A stretch of DNA of 64,000 nt from an uncultured delta proteobacterium (lineage in GTDB: Bacteria; Desulfobacterota; Desulfobacteria; Desulfobacterales; UBA2156), in NCBI GenBank assembly GCA_963736855.1, contig CAVTQK010000008.1:71835-135834 (forward strand), in the 5' to 3' direction. The stretch's first letter is position 1. Every line of letters starts with the position of its first letter. Positions 1 to 11,229 of this stretch are shown here, in pieces. The translations under genes and the position numbers were made by a program. The notes beneath the pieces are model-generated. The model saw only the letters and a program-made list of their open reading frames with translations, did no database searches and had not been told where the DNA came from.

Positions 1-459
1 TATATGTATGGGGGATACATAGACAAATTCCTGGGGGATGGGGTGATGGCCATCTTTGAACACGGAAAAACGCTCCTTCCTTCCATAGCGCTGAACACCG
101 TAAAATGCGGACTTGACATTCTTCGCGCACTGAAGCACAAAAACTATAAGTTAAAAAAACACTTTAAAGCCAAACAAAATATCCAAGTCCGAATCGGAAT
201 CAGCACCGGTGAGATTTACGCCATGCTGCTGGGAAACTACATCAAGACCGAATTCACCTACCTGGGAAACTCTGTAAACCTGGCTTCCAAGCTTGAAAAA
301 CAGGCGGCCGGCCACATGGTTCTCATCGACGAAAAAACGCGAGAGCTGGCTGAGGAAGAGATCTTATCCGAGCCTGTGCCGGTCACGATTCCGGGGATCG
401 GGGAGACCATCGCCCATCGCGTGGTCCGTCTCAAACGCAAAATTGAAAGGAGCCCGTAA
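1..459 (+). CDS. Adenylate/guanylate cyclase (class III) domain protein, 5'-truncated by the window edge
   Basis: Motifs DKFLGDGVMAIF, VRIGISTG and TYLGNSVNLASKLE; frame is open from base 1. Confidence 0.85.
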   Translation, partial: YMYGGYIDKFLGDGVMAIFEHGKTLLPSIALNTVKCGLDILRALKHKNYKLKKHFKAKQNIQVRIGISTGEIYAMLLGNYIKTEFTYLGNSVNLASKLEKQAAGHMVLIDEKTRELAEEEILSEPVPVTIPGIGETIAHRVVRLKRKIERSP

Positions 460-460
460 C

Positions 461-940
461 ATGGTTCGAACAGAGATTTCCCTTTTCATGAAAAATGTTC
501 CCGGGGAGCTCGGAAAGCTCGCCTCCCTTTTCGCCGGTGAAAACATCAACATCGATGCTCTCACGATTCAGGACGCTTCCGCCTATGTTCAGGAGCTGTT
601 CAGGGCACGGGGAAAATCCCTCAAGCGGATCGCATCGGTTGCAAGCTACAATTCCATGAGAAAAGACTCCGCCGAGTTCGCCCTGATCCGTCTTTTGGTG
701 AATCAGACCGACAAGGCTATTGATCTGCTCTCCAAATACGAATATGTCTTCGATATCATGCCGGTCATTGCCATCGAATTGGATAACCGACCCGGCGCAT
801 TGGCTGAAGTGACGACCAAATTTGGGGAAGAAGGAATCAATATCAACTATGTCTATGGATCCGTCTCCTCCCCGGATCAAAAGTGCCTGTTCGTTTTCTG
901 CCCGGAAGACATCGAGCTTGCCTCCAAAATTTTCCAATAG
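461..940 (+). CDS. Tandem ACT-domain protein
   Basis: NVPGELGKLASLFAGENINI and DNRPGALAEVTTKFGEEGININYVY; AAGGAG RBS before ATG 461. Confidence 0.8.
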   Translation: MVRTEISLFMKNVPGELGKLASLFAGENINIDALTIQDASAYVQELFRARGKSLKRIASVASYNSMRKDSAEFALIRLLVNQTDKAIDLLSKYEYVFDIMPVIAIELDNRPGALAEVTTKFGEEGININYVYGSVSSPDQKCLFVFCPEDIELASKIFQ

Positions 941-1001
941 GCCGCAAACTCCGGGTGAGTCGAAACCCGATTGGCAGGTAAAGGAGGGGTTCGCACCGAT
1001 C

Positions 1002-1682
1002 ATGAATACGATTCATCAAATGACGATTCTTGCCATCGATGATGATCCGACCAGCCTCCGGTTTATCGAAAAGATTTTGAAACATGAAGGATATCAAAAC
1101 ATCCGGACATGCAGCAATGCTGCCGATGGCTGTCAATGGGTGAAAAAAAAGGCCCCGGATTTGATACTCCTCGATCTGATCATGCCGGACATGGACGGTT
1201 ATCAATTTACCAGGCACATCCGGAAAAACGATGCCACCCGGGATATCCCCATCCTGGTGGTCACCGGCGGCGCGGCAGAAGCCAACGAGGCAATTGAAAA
1301 GAGCTTTCAGGCGGGTGCAACGGATTTTATCACCAAACCCATCAACACCACCGAGTTTTTCGCCCGGATTCGTTCCGCTTTGTCCATCAAACAGGCCCAT
1401 GACCGGATAAAGGAAGAGCTTTTCAGACGACAAACAGCCGAGAAGAAAAATAGGAAACTCATCGCAGAGCTCAAAGAAGCCTTAGCCAAAGTTAAGAAGC
1501 TTTCCGGATTGCTCCCTATCTGTGCTTCCTGCAAGAAGATCCGGGATGACCAAGGGTACTGGAACCAGATCGAAAATTACATCCGCGAACACTCCGAAGC
1601 CGAATTCAGCCACAGTCTTTGCCCGGAATGCGTCGAGAACATGTATCCGGGCCTCTCAAAATCAACCGATAAAAAATCATGA
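1002..1682 (+). CDS. Response regulator (REC plus coiled coil plus C-terminal LPICASCKKIRD...SHSLCPEC domain)
   Basis: IDDD, LDLIMPDMDG and TKP receiver motifs; AAGGAGG RBS. Confidence 0.85.
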   Translation: MNTIHQMTILAIDDDPTSLRFIEKILKHEGYQNIRTCSNAADGCQWVKKKAPDLILLDLIMPDMDGYQFTRHIRKNDATRDIPILVVTGGAAEANEAIEKSFQAGATDFITKPINTTEFFARIRSALSIKQAHDRIKEELFRRQTAEKKNRKLIAELKEALAKVKKLSGLLPICASCKKIRDDQGYWNQIENYIREHSEAEFSHSLCPECVENMYPGLSKSTDKKS

Positions 1683-1751
1683 CCCTCCCGGGGCGGTTCC
1701 TCCGTAAAACGCTCTATTCTTCTTTCCGGTCCATTTGAAAAGGAGTGATTC

Positions 1752-2951
1752 ATGCCTTTTCCGAATCCGGGCTTTTCCCGATGGCTTTTAAAAGTACGAC
1801 GTGAGTTCCACATGCATCCGGAGCTTTCTTTTCAGGAGGAAAAGACCACCGAGGCAATCGTCAAAATCCTCAAGGAGCTTAAGCTTCCGGTCACCACTTT
1901 TGAAGACCTTCCCGGTGCTGAAGCCTTGATCCAGGGGGCTCGAAACGGACCCACCGTGGGGCTGCGAACCGACATCGATGCTCTCCCGATCCAGGAACAA
2001 AACAATGTCTCCTATCGATCCAGAAATGAGGGGGTCATGCACGCCTGCGGTCATGATGGCCATACCGCCATGGTTCTCGGTGTGGCCAAAAGGATACAAG
2101 AAGAAGGCCTGGCCAAGGTCTTTACCGGAAATGTCAAACTCCTCTTTCAACCCGCCGAAGAGCGGGGCGCCGGCGCCAGGGCCATGATCGAGCGGGGAGT
2201 TCTGGAAAATCCTCACGTGGATGCGTTGTTTGCCGGGCACGTAACGCCGGACCTTGCTGCCGGTGAGATAGGAATCTTCAAGGGTGTGGGCTTTGCATCC
2301 GCAGATCGGTTTGAAGTCCTAGTCACCGGGAAAGGGGCTCACGGTGCCAGGCCCGAAGAAGGGATCGATCCCATCGTGGCCGGTGCACAATTGGTGGGGG
2401 CACTTCAAACTATCATCAGCCGGAATGTCAAGCCCTCAGAAGCGGGCGTGATCACCGTCGGAAAATTCATTGCCGGGAGTGCCGCCAACATTATACCGGA
2501 AAGTGCGCACCTGGAAGGGACGCTTCGCACCCTTTCCGAATCGATCCGGCGGCATCTCATCCGGCGCATCGAAGAAATCGTGTCCGGGATCGAAAAAGGT
2601 TTCCGGGTGAAATGCCGGCTGCAGTTTCACGGCGAAACCCCCCTTTTGTCCAACGACGCCCGGATCGTGAATCTCCTATTCAAAGCCGCAAGACGTGTCG
2701 TGGGGGAAGAAAAGATTCGGTGGATGCCGCCGAGCATGGGGTCGGAGGACTTTTCCTTTTTTGCCAACGAGCGCCCTTCCGCCTTGATCCGCTTTGGATG
2801 TGCCAAAGGAAAAGGGAAGACCGCTTATGGTCTTCATAACCCTCGCTTCGACATGGACGAATCCGTCCTGGAGATCGGTTGCACCGTCTTTCTCGAAGCG
2901 ATTCGACTGAGCCTTGAGGAAGGGGGCTTAGAAAGCGCGCTTGTCCTGTAA
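1752..2951 (+). CDS. M20D family amidohydrolase
   Basis: HMHPELSFQE, RTDIDALPI, MHACGHDGH, FQPAEE, SEDFS, LHNPRF. Confidence 0.9.
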   Translation: MPFPNPGFSRWLLKVRREFHMHPELSFQEEKTTEAIVKILKELKLPVTTFEDLPGAEALIQGARNGPTVGLRTDIDALPIQEQNNVSYRSRNEGVMHACGHDGHTAMVLGVAKRIQEEGLAKVFTGNVKLLFQPAEERGAGARAMIERGVLENPHVDALFAGHVTPDLAAGEIGIFKGVGFASADRFEVLVTGKGAHGARPEEGIDPIVAGAQLVGALQTIISRNVKPSEAGVITVGKFIAGSAANIIPESAHLEGTLRTLSESIRRHLIRRIEEIVSGIEKGFRVKCRLQFHGETPLLSNDARIVNLLFKAARRVVGEEKIRWMPPSMGSEDFSFFANERPSALIRFGCAKGKGKTAYGLHNPRFDMDESVLEIGCTVFLEAIRLSLEEGGLESALVL

Positions 2952-4082
2952 AATGTGATTGGAAATGACCACGCGCTGGATTTCCGATGTGCCTTCATAA
3001 ATCGTGAAGACCCGAGCGTCCCGGTAGAACCGCTCCACCGGATATTCCTTGATAAAGCCATACCCTCCATGGATCTGGAGGGCCTTTGCAGTCACCCGGT
3101 TGACCATCTCCGAGGCAAAAAGCTTGGCCATGGAGGCCTGGGCCGTAAAGTTCTCGTTACGGTCCTTCATGGCTGCAGCCGACAGCATCAACTGGCGGGC
3201 GGCTTCGATCTCCGTGGCCATGTCGGCGATCATCCAACGGATTCCCTGAAACTTCGAGATAGGCTGGCCGAACTGTTCCCTCTCTTTGGCATATTTCACC
3301 GATGCATCCAGGGCTGCCTGAGCCACGCCCACCGACTGGGCTGCGATTCCGATCCGGCCGGAGTCCAACGCGGTCATGGCGATGGTAAACCCCATTCCCT
3401 CTTCACCCAGCCGATCTTCGACCGGTATGCGGCAGTCATCGAAGATGAGATCGGTGGTGTCGGAAGCGCACAGGCCCATCTTGTTTTCCATTGATCCGGC
3501 GGTAAAGCCCGGCGTCCCCTTTTTCACCATGAAGGCGCTGATACCCTTGTGTCGGGCCTCAGGGTCGGTCTTGGCGGTCACGATGATCAGACCGGCATTT
3601 TTTCCGGTGGTAATGAACCGCTTGGTGCCGTTGAGGATGTAATGCCCGCCGTCCCGCCTTGCCGAAGTGGTTTGTCGGGACGGATCGGAACCGGCAAGGG
3701 GCTCGGTAAGGGCGAAAGCACCGATGAAATCCCCCCTGGCCATGGGTCTGAGATACTTTTGTTTCTGATCCTCGGTCCCGAAACGCAGGATGCTTTCACA
3801 GACAATGGAATTGTGCACGGACATTACCACGGCCGTGGAAGCGCAGGCGTAGGCGACCTCGGACAGGGCCAACACATACGCCACGGCATCGGCCCCGGCT
3901 CCATCATACTCGGCGGGGACCATCATCCCCATCATGCCTAACTCCGCTAATTTTTTAAGATTTTCAGCCGGAAATTCCCGGGTCTTATCGCGCTCCATGG
4001 CGGTGGGAAGGATTACTTCCCGGGCAAAATCGCGCACCATGGATTGAATCATGATCTGCTCATCCGTCAATTTGGATACCAT
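2928..4082 (-). CDS. Acyl-CoA dehydrogenase (butyryl/short-branched-chain type)
   Basis: FALTEPLAGSD, QIHGGYGFIKEYPVERFYRDARVFTIYEGTSEIQ. Confidence 0.93.
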   Translation of the reverse strand: MVSKLTDEQIMIQSMVRDFAREVILPTAMERDKTREFPAENLKKLAELGMMGMMVPAEYDGAGADAVAYVLALSEVAYACASTAVVMSVHNSIVCESILRFGTEDQKQKYLRPMARGDFIGAFALTEPLAGSDPSRQTTSARRDGGHYILNGTKRFITTGKNAGLIIVTAKTDPEARHKGISAFMVKKGTPGFTAGSMENKMGLCASDTTDLIFDDCRIPVEDRLGEEGMGFTIAMTALDSGRIGIAAQSVGVAQAALDASVKYAKEREQFGQPISKFQGIRWMIADMATEIEAARQLMLSAAAMKDRNENFTAQASMAKLFASEMVNRVTAKALQIHGGYGFIKEYPVERFYRDARVFTIYEGTSEIQRVVISNHILQDKRAF

Positions 4083-4154
4083 CTCCCCTTCCTTTGCGTA
4101 TACTGTCCCTACCGGATTCCCGCCAACCTATCCATTGCCGCCTTCGCAAGTCCT

Positions 4155-4706
4155 TCAGGGGTTGTAGATGACCACTAAAAGCTCTGCCTGTTCCTTCCCG
4201 ATGTTTCTTAAGTTGTGCCTGATCCCGGAATTGAAATGGAGCGATTCATCCTTTTCCAGGATATTGATGTGCTCTCCCACACTGACCTCCATCTTACCGG
4301 ACAGGACATACACGAACTCCTCCCCTTCATGCTGGTAGCCCACCCCTTTATGGGCCTGCATGGGCTCTACAATGATTCGAAAGGCTTTGAGATGCTTGTT
4401 TTCTGCACCCGGCGTCAGGGTCGTATAGGCGTAGTTGTCTGTGCGCGTGGTGTAGGCTTTGATCCGCTTCTTCAGCGTCGATTCCTGTTGTCTTAAAAAA
4501 AATCCGCAATCGATTTCCATAGCCCTGGCAATGGTCAGCAGGGTTCCTACCGGCGGCGTGATCTTTCCGGATTCGACTTTCTTAAGATAGTCGATGGAGA
4601 ACCCGGTTTCGTTGGCCAGCCGATCATGGGTCATCTTTTTTTGGGTTCGGATTTCCTTGATCTTTTCTCCGATACTCGCTGAGGTATCGGTTTTGGTTTT
4701 AGGCAT
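4155..4706 (-). CDS. XRE-family transcriptional regulator with cupin domain
   Basis: N-terminal HTH (IGEKIKEIRTQKKMT); cupin HEGEEFVYVLSG...H. Confidence 0.88.
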   Translation of the reverse strand: MPKTKTDTSASIGEKIKEIRTQKKMTHDRLANETGFSIDYLKKVESGKITPPVGTLLTIARAMEIDCGFFLRQQESTLKKRIKAYTTRTDNYAYTTLTPGAENKHLKAFRIIVEPMQAHKGVGYQHEGEEFVYVLSGKMEVSVGEHINILEKDESLHFNSGIRHNLRNIGKEQAELLVVIYNP

Positions 4707-4763
4707 GCTGCCTCCTCATCCCGTTTTAAAGGATTTTTCAATTTTCCGGCAATGGCACAAAAA

Positions 4764-5615
4764 TCAGGCATACTCGTAAAAACCTCGCCCGCTCTTCTTC
4801 CCCAGCCAACCGGCCTCCACATACCTTCTCAAAAGAGGGCACGGCCGGTACTTGGAATCGCCCAACCCTGCATGAAGCGTCTCCATGATGGCCAGACAGG
4901 TATCCAGCCCGATCAGGTCAGCTATTGCCAACGGCCCCATAGGGTGATTCATTCCCAGCTTCATCACCGTATCGATATCCTCCCGGGTCCCCACACCATG
5001 ATACAGGCAGAAGATCGCCTCGTTGATCATGGGCATCAGGATCCGGTTGGCGATGAATCCGGGGTAGTCCTCGGCTTTGGCCGGTGTCTTCCCGAATTTG
5101 ACGGCCAAATCCCAGGTCGTCTTCAAGGTCTCATCAGAAGTCGTTATGGCGGGGATCACTTCCACCAGCTTCATGATGGGAACCGGATTCATGAAATGCA
5201 TCCCGATGACCTTCTCGGGCCTCTTCGTTTTGGCGGCAATGCGTCCGATGGGAATCGATGAGGTATTCGTGGAAATGATCGCATGAGATGGGCAGACAGC
5301 ATCGAGATCCTGGAAGATCTTAAATTTGATCGATTCGTGCTCCGTCGCCGCTTCCACTACAAAATCGGCTTTGCCAGCCGCCTGGATATCGGTGGAGGTC
5401 CGGATGCGGCCGACGATGGCGTCCATTTCATCTGAGACAAGCTTTCCCTTTTCCACGCTTTTTGAAAGGAAGCGCCGGATGGCGCCCATTCCCCGATCGA
5501 TAAATTCCTGGCGGATGTCCGTCATGATCACCTGAAGTCCGCTGACCGCCGCCACCTGGGCGATTCCGCTTCCCATCTGCCCGGAACCCACTACACAAAA
5601 GGTCTTGATCTCCAT
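4764..5615 (-). CDS. hbd: 3-hydroxybutyryl-CoA dehydrogenase
   Basis: GSGQMGSGIA, GMHFMNPVPIMKLVE, PMGPLAIADLIGLD, GWLGKKSGRGFYEY; start moved to ATG 5615 with RBS. Confidence 0.9.
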   Translation of the reverse strand: MEIKTFCVVGSGQMGSGIAQVAAVSGLQVIMTDIRQEFIDRGMGAIRRFLSKSVEKGKLVSDEMDAIVGRIRTSTDIQAAGKADFVVEAATEHESIKFKIFQDLDAVCPSHAIISTNTSSIPIGRIAAKTKRPEKVIGMHFMNPVPIMKLVEVIPAITTSDETLKTTWDLAVKFGKTPAKAEDYPGFIANRILMPMINEAIFCLYHGVGTREDIDTVMKLGMNHPMGPLAIADLIGLDTCLAIMETLHAGLGDSKYRPCPLLRRYVEAGWLGKKSGRGFYEYA

Positions 5616-5639
5616 GATCTTCTCCTTATTTTTCAAGTT

Positions 5640-6824
5640 TCATGAACCGGTACGCTTCACCACCATCGCCACAGCCTCTCCGCCGCCCAGGCAAAGGCTG
5701 GCGAGGCCAATGCGTTTTTGGGACCGCTGCATTTCGTAAAGGAGCGTTACGAGGACCCGGCATCCGCTGGCACCGATGGGATGCCCCAGAGAAACACTTC
5801 CTCCGTTCACGTTGACCTTGGAAGGATCGAGCCCCAGCTCCCTCAAGACGGCCATGGTGGAACCGGAAAACGCCTCGTTGACCTCGAACAGGTCCACATC
5901 GGCAATTCCGATCCCTTCCTTTTTAAGGCACTTGGGAATGGCCCAGATGGGAGCCACCAGGACATACTTCATATCGATCCCGAAGGCTGCCTGGGCCCCG
6001 ATGGATGCGATGGGTTTGCATCCCATGGACTCGGCCGTTTCTCTGGCCATCACCACCACTGCCGCCGCGCCGTCGCTGATGACCGAAGCATTTCCGGCAG
6101 TGGTCAATCCATCGGTCTTAAAGGCCGGCCGCATGTTGGCCAGGACCTCGTATGGGGTTTCCCGAGGGCATTCATCCTCTTCAAAAAAGATGCTCTGTCC
6201 TTTTTTTCCTTTGATCGGAACCGACACGATTTCCTCTCTGAATCGCCCCCTTTCCTTCGCATCCAAAACCCTGCGATACGACTCGGCCGCATACCGATCC
6301 TGCTCTTCACGGGTCACACGATATTTTTCCGAGCAAAGCTCGTTGGAGATCCCCATATGGAAGTCGTTGACGATATCCCACAGTCCGTCGTGGACCATAT
6401 GATCGTCTACGGTGCCCGCTCCCATCCGGTATCCAAAACGGGCCTTTTTGAGGAAATACGGGGCCATGCTCATGTTCTCCATGCCGCCGGCCACTACCAC
6501 GTCGGCATCCCCCACCGCAATGGCCTGGGCCGCCAGCATCACGGCCTTGAGGCTCGACCCACAGACCTTATTGACGGTAATGCACTCGGCTTCCCAGGGC
6601 ATCCCCGCCCTGACCGATGCCTGTTTAGCCGGATTCTGGCCGTATCCGCATGGAAGGACCTGACCCATGATGACTTCATTGACATCCTGTTTCTCGATCC
6701 CGGCCCGCTTAATCGCCTCTTCGATCACGACGGCTCCCAGATCCGTGGCTCCAACATTGCTGAGAGACCCGTTAAAGCTCCCCAACGGGGTTCGAACTGC
6801 ACTGACAATGACTGCTTCACGCAT
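5640..6824 (-). CDS. Acetyl-CoA C-acetyltransferase (thiolase)
   Basis: NKVCGSSL, NEAF, GHPIGASG, LCLGGG. Confidence 0.93.
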   Translation of the reverse strand: MREAVIVSAVRTPLGSFNGSLSNVGATDLGAVVIEEAIKRAGIEKQDVNEVIMGQVLPCGYGQNPAKQASVRAGMPWEAECITVNKVCGSSLKAVMLAAQAIAVGDADVVVAGGMENMSMAPYFLKKARFGYRMGAGTVDDHMVHDGLWDIVNDFHMGISNELCSEKYRVTREEQDRYAAESYRRVLDAKERGRFREEIVSVPIKGKKGQSIFFEEDECPRETPYEVLANMRPAFKTDGLTTAGNASVISDGAAAVVVMARETAESMGCKPIASIGAQAAFGIDMKYVLVAPIWAIPKCLKKEGIGIADVDLFEVNEAFSGSTMAVLRELGLDPSKVNVNGGSVSLGHPIGASGCRVLVTLLYEMQRSQKRIGLASLCLGGGEAVAMVVKRTGS

Positions 6825-6881
6825 GCGATTCTCTCCTTTATTTGGTCGATGGGTACCCTGTGGGTATTCGATTCTTTCAGG

Positions 6882-9800
6882 TTACATATTCCGTCGATAT
6901 TTACCGCCGACATCATATAGGGCTCGGGTGATTTGGCCCAGGGTGCAGCAGCGGACGGTGTGCATCAGCTCCGTAAAAATATTTTTTCCGGAAAGCGCGG
7001 TATCCTGAAGACGCTTCAGGGCGAACGGTGCTTCGGCCTCGTTTCGTTTACGAAAATCCGCAACCCGCTTTAACTGCGACTGCTTTTCCGCCTCCGTGGC
7101 TCTCGACAGCTCCAGATTTTCACTAAGCTGTTCCAAATCGGCATCCGGATCCCGGAATGTGTTAACGCCGATGATGGGCAGCTCTCCCGTGTGCTTGAGC
7201 TTTTCGTAGTAAAGGGATTCTTCCTGGATCTTGCTCCGCTGATACCCGGTCTCCATGGCTCCCAGGACTCCGCCCCGCTCCGAGATCCTATCGAACTCGA
7301 CCAATACGGCCTCTTCCACCAATCGGGTCAGTTCCTCCACAATGAAACTGCCTTGGTTCATATTTTCGTTTTTAGTCAGTCCCCACTCCCGGTTGATGAT
7401 CAGTTGAATCGCCAACGCCCGTCGCACGGACTCCCGGCTCGGGGTTGTAATCGCCTCATCAAAGGCGTTGGTATGGAGGCTGTTGCAGTTGTCGTAAATG
7501 GCGCACAAGGCCTGCAATGTGGTACGAATATCGTTGAACTGGATTTCCTGGCTGTGCAGGGACCGTCCCGAGGTCTGGATATGGTACTTAAGCATCTGGG
7601 AACGGTCGGAGCCGCCGTATTTGCGTTTCATAGCGATGGCCCAGATGCGACGGGCCACCCGACCGATGACGGTGTACTCCGCCTCCATACCGTTGGAAAA
7701 GAAGAAGGAAAGGTTTGGAGCAAAACTGTCCACCGGCATCCCCCTGGAAAGATAATACTCCACGTAAGTGAATCCATTTGCCAGCGTAAGGGCGAGCTGG
7801 GTGATAGGATTGGCCCCGGCTTCCGCGATATGATACCCGGATATCGATACGGAATAGAAATTGCGGATCCCGTTTTCAATAAAATATTCCTGGATGTCTC
7901 CCATCATCTTCAGGGCAAACTCAATGGAAAAGATGCAGGTGTTTTGCCCCTGATCTTCCTTTAGGATGTCCGCCTGCACCGTTCCCCGCACACTGGAGAG
8001 AACGGTACGACGAATCGCTTCATGCTCCGCCGCCGCAGGCGGCCTTCCCGATTCGACGACGAATTTATCCACCTGCTGCTCGATGGCTGCGTTAAGGAAC
8101 ATGGCCAGCATCATGGGTGCCGGCCCATTGATGGTCATGGATACGGAGGTGTTGGGGGCGATCAGGTCGAATCCGGAATAAAGCACCTTCACATCGTCGA
8201 GGGTACAAATGGAAACTCCGGATGTCCCTATCTTTCCATATACATCGGGTCTTGTCTCCGGGTCGAATCCATACAGAGTGACCGAGTCAAAAGCCGTGGA
8301 CAAGCGCTTGGCTTCGTAAGCTCCCGACAGAAGCTTAAACCGTAGGTTCGTGCGCGCCGGGTCTCCTTCCCCTGCGAACATCCGCGTCGGATCCTCGTCC
8401 GTCCTCTTCAGCGGGAAAACACCGGAAGTGTAGGGAAACCGGCCGGGTACATTCTCTTCCCTGAGCCATCGATAGATTTCACCCGGGTCTTCGAACTGGG
8501 GCAGACAAATCTTGGGTATTTTCTGATGGCTCAACGACCGGGTGTAGAGAGGCACCCGAATCTTCCGATTCCGGACTTCGTAGACAAGGGCATCCTTTTG
8601 GTAAGTCTCGCGTATAGTTTCCCAGTCCGAAATCAGCCCCCGGGTCTCTTCTTTGAGTCGTTTTTCAGCCTTGGCGATTTCCTCTTTCAACTTTGAAAGC
8701 AACATGGAAGTTTCGGCATCCTGAGTCCCGCGCTCAATGGCCGCTTCCGCCTCATTAAGGTGCCATCGGCTTCGTAACGCTTGGGCCTGCTCCCGGGTTT
8801 CGGAGTGATAGACTCGCACCGTATCGGCGATACCGCTTAAATAGCGTGTCCGTTCGGGAGGAATGATGACAGTCTTGGAGGTGGAGGTTTTGGCGAGAGG
8901 TCTGGGAAGCCTTGATTTAAAAACAATTCCGGCTTTTTCGGCAATACCATCGAGAATGGCATGATACAAAGCAGTCACTCCGTCATCGTTAAACTTGGAC
9001 GCGATGGTTCCGAAAACAGGCATCTCTTCAGGAAGGGTATTCCACGCTTTCCGATTCCGCTGAACCTGCTTGCTGACGTCCCGGACCGCATCCTCACCTC
9101 CTCTTTTTTCGAACTTATTGACTGCCACCAGGTCTGCAAAGTCGAGCATATCGATCTTTTCCAACTGAGTGGCCGCCCCGAATTCCGCCGTCATGACATA
9201 AAGAGATAAATCCACCAGATCTACGATTCTGGAATCTCCCTGCCCGATTCCCGCAGTTTCCACGATTACCAGATCATACCCCGCCGCCTTTACCGCATCG
9301 ATGGCTTCGGGAAGCACTTCCGGGATCTCGGTGAAGGAGCGCCTGGTGGCCAAGCTTCGCATGTAAACCCTCGGATTTCCGATGGCGTTCATACGGATTC
9401 GGTCTCCCAGCAAAGCGCCACCCGTCTTACGACGGCTCGGATCGCAGCTGATGATGGCCATGGCGATCTCCGGCATATCCAGGAGCATCCTCAAGATCAC
9501 CTCATCGGTCAGAGATGATTTGCCCGCGCCTCCCGTTCCGGTGATCCCCATAACCGGGACCACGCGGGTGCCGATCCGTTCTTTCATTCGCTCTTTCAGC
9601 TCAGCCAGCCGCCCGTTCCCCTCTGCCCGGGCCTTTTCTAAGGTTGAAATCAGGTTTGCCGTCACCCCTTTGTTTTCCGGAGACAACCGAGCAAAATCAA
9701 AAGGCTCGTTTTTCACCGTAGAAAAATCGATGCTTTTGACCATGTGGTTAATGATCCCCTGGAGCCCCCATTTCGCGCCGTCTTCAGGGTGATAGATCTT

Positions 9801-10160
9801 GGCGACTCCGTAAGCCTCAAGCTCCTTGATTTCATGAGGAACGATGACGCCGCCACCGCCGCCGAATACCTGGATATGAGAGGCTTCCCTCTCCCTGAGC
9901 AAATCAATGAGGTACTTGAAAAATTCGATGTGACCGCCCTGGTAGCTTGAAACACCGATTCCCTGTGCGTCTTCTTCTACAGCCGCATCCACAATTTCTT
10001 CCACGGAGCGGTTATGCCCCAGATGGATGACTTCCACTCCCGTATCCTGAAGGATCCGACGCATGATATTAATGGATGCATCATGGCCGTCGAAAAGCGA
10101 AGTCGCGGTGATCACCCGGACGCAATGTCGAGGTATGTACGGTTCAAGTTCCGGATTCAT
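6882..10160 (-). CDS. icmF: Fused isobutyryl-CoA mutase / MeaB-like GTPase
   Basis: B12-binding [22 protein letters not shown]-loop, NKFE, mutase TIM barrel; 1092 aa architecture matches IcmF. Confidence 0.92.
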   Translation of the reverse strand: MNPELEPYIPRHCVRVITATSLFDGHDASINIMRRILQDTGVEVIHLGHNRSVEEIVDAAVEEDAQGIGVSSYQGGHIEFFKYLIDLLREREASHIQVFGGGGGVIVPHEIKELEAYGVAKIYHPEDGAKWGLQGIINHMVKSIDFSTVKNEPFDFARLSPENKGVTANLISTLEKARAEGNGRLAELKERMKERIGTRVVPVMGITGTGGAGKSSLTDEVILRMLLDMPEIAMAIISCDPSRRKTGGALLGDRIRMNAIGNPRVYMRSLATRRSFTEIPEVLPEAIDAVKAAGYDLVIVETAGIGQGDSRIVDLVDLSLYVMTAEFGAATQLEKIDMLDFADLVAVNKFEKRGGEDAVRDVSKQVQRNRKAWNTLPEEMPVFGTIASKFNDDGVTALYHAILDGIAEKAGIVFKSRLPRPLAKTSTSKTVIIPPERTRYLSGIADTVRVYHSETREQAQALRSRWHLNEAEAAIERGTQDAETSMLLSKLKEEIAKAEKRLKEETRGLISDWETIRETYQKDALVYEVRNRKIRVPLYTRSLSHQKIPKICLPQFEDPGEIYRWLREENVPGRFPYTSGVFPLKRTDEDPTRMFAGEGDPARTNLRFKLLSGAYEAKRLSTAFDSVTLYGFDPETRPDVYGKIGTSGVSICTLDDVKVLYSGFDLIAPNTSVSMTINGPAPMMLAMFLNAAIEQQVDKFVVESGRPPAAAEHEAIRRTVLSSVRGTVQADILKEDQGQNTCIFSIEFALKMMGDIQEYFIENGIRNFYSVSISGYHIAEAGANPITQLALTLANGFTYVEYYLSRGMPVDSFAPNLSFFFSNGMEAEYTVIGRVARRIWAIAMKRKYGGSDRSQMLKYHIQTSGRSLHSQEIQFNDIRTTLQALCAIYDNCNSLHTNAFDEAITTPSRESVRRALAIQLIINREWGLTKNENMNQGSFIVEELTRLVEEAVLVEFDRISERGGVLGAMETGYQRSKIQEESLYYEKLKHTGELPIIGVNTFRDPDADLEQLSENLELSRATEAEKQSQLKRVADFRKRNEAEAPFALKRLQDTALSGKNIFTELMHTVRCCTLGQITRALYDVGGKYRRNM

Positions 10161-10223
10161 GCTTCCTCCTGCCTCCCGTTGCCGGTTCGATATCGGCGGT
10201 TCAGTCGCTGTGTTTGAAATCTA

Positions 10224-10895
10224 TCAGCAAGATCGGCCCACAAGGTTTAAAATAAACCGGGTCTGGTACTGTATATACTCTTCAATGGAATAATGTCGGG
10301 CTAAAAACCACCTTCGAAACGTCCACATATGCCCCAGAACCGAAATATTGTGGGCGGCGATTTCTAAAGACCGCTCGTCCATTCCGGGGATTTCTCCGTT
10401 TTCCGCCAGTCGCGCAAGGACTTCAACGAAGATCCCGGTGATTCTCAGCTCGTTTTCCAGGACTTTTTTTTGCCACTGGGCGGGAAGCGACCGGGTCTCC
10501 TGGTAGATCAGCAGGATGAAATCGCTCATACGGTGACACACCAAAAAATACTCCCGGATTACCTCCATTAAAGTTTCCTTCCCCTTGCCGTCCCGATTCA
10601 TGGCTTCGGCCACCCCCCGCTCCACTTCTTCATGAATCGATTCGCACACGAGATAAAGGACATCCTCTTTTGAAGCGATATATTCGTACAGGGATCCGAT
10701 AGAAACGCCCGCGGCACGGGCAATTTCCCGAGTGGTTGTTTTATGGAAGCCATTTTGGATGAAAAGCCCCACCGCCGCATCAGCGATCTGACGGCGCCGG
10801 CGCTTAACCAGTTCCAGGTTCTTGATCTGGGTGGGTATCGTTTCGGACCCGTTGGGAGAACCTACGTTTGATGAAACCGCTTTAGTTTCCGGCAT
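10224..10895 (-). CDS. TetR/AcrR-family transcriptional regulator
   Basis: GFHKTTTREIARAAGVSIGSLYEYIASKEDVL HTH; alternative start at 10928. Confidence 0.9.
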   Translation of the reverse strand: MPETKAVSSNVGSPNGSETIPTQIKNLELVKRRRRQIADAAVGLFIQNGFHKTTTREIARAAGVSIGSLYEYIASKEDVLYLVCESIHEEVERGVAEAMNRDGKGKETLMEVIREYFLVCHRMSDFILLIYQETRSLPAQWQKKVLENELRITGIFVEVLARLAENGEIPGMDERSLEIAAHNISVLGHMWTFRRWFLARHYSIEEYIQYQTRFILNLVGRSC

Positions 10896-11006
10896 ATGTC
10901 CATCCCTTCGGCAATGGATTCGACCCATCAGGGTTCAATTCCCCGGCCGTTCGAACAGGCTTTTGAATGGCGATGGGTTTATCCCTGTCCTGCAGCTCTT
11001 GGATTT

Positions 11007-11026
11007 ATGACTGAGCGCTCGGTCAT
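11007..11026. promoter_or_regulatory. Palindromic operator ATGACTGAGCGCTCGGTCAT (copy 1), putative TetR site
   Basis: 20-bp palindrome with one mismatch, repeated 100 bp downstream, in the divergent intergenic region beside tetR. Confidence 0.7.
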
Positions 11027-11069
11027 TATTTACCATTGAAAAGCAGGCCTGTCAAGGCCGAAAAAAGTA

Positions 11070-11098
11070 TTGACACGTTCATATCCATCCAATAGACT
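11070..11098 (+). promoter_or_regulatory. Sigma70-type promoter for the enoyl-CoA hydratase operon
   Basis: TTGACA-17 bp-TAGACT. Confidence 0.7.
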
Positions 11099-11108
11099 AA
11101 TATAAAGC

Positions 11109-11126
11109 GACTGAGCGCTCGGTCAT
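11109..11126. promoter_or_regulatory. Operator copy 2 GACTGAGCGCTCGGTCAT
   Basis: Identical 18 bp to copy 1, just downstream of the -10 box. Confidence 0.7.
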
Positions 11127-11229
11127 GATTTGGTTATAAACCGGTTTCCAGGATAGTATCGCCTGGAAGACGCTTTTTTGGATTCAGAGATTGGCGGATC
11201 TTTTTTCAGCCATCGGAAAGGAAACATAT

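Noticed and set aside
5718..6920. 400-aa plus-strand ORF
   Set aside because: Antisense shadow of the thiolase gene
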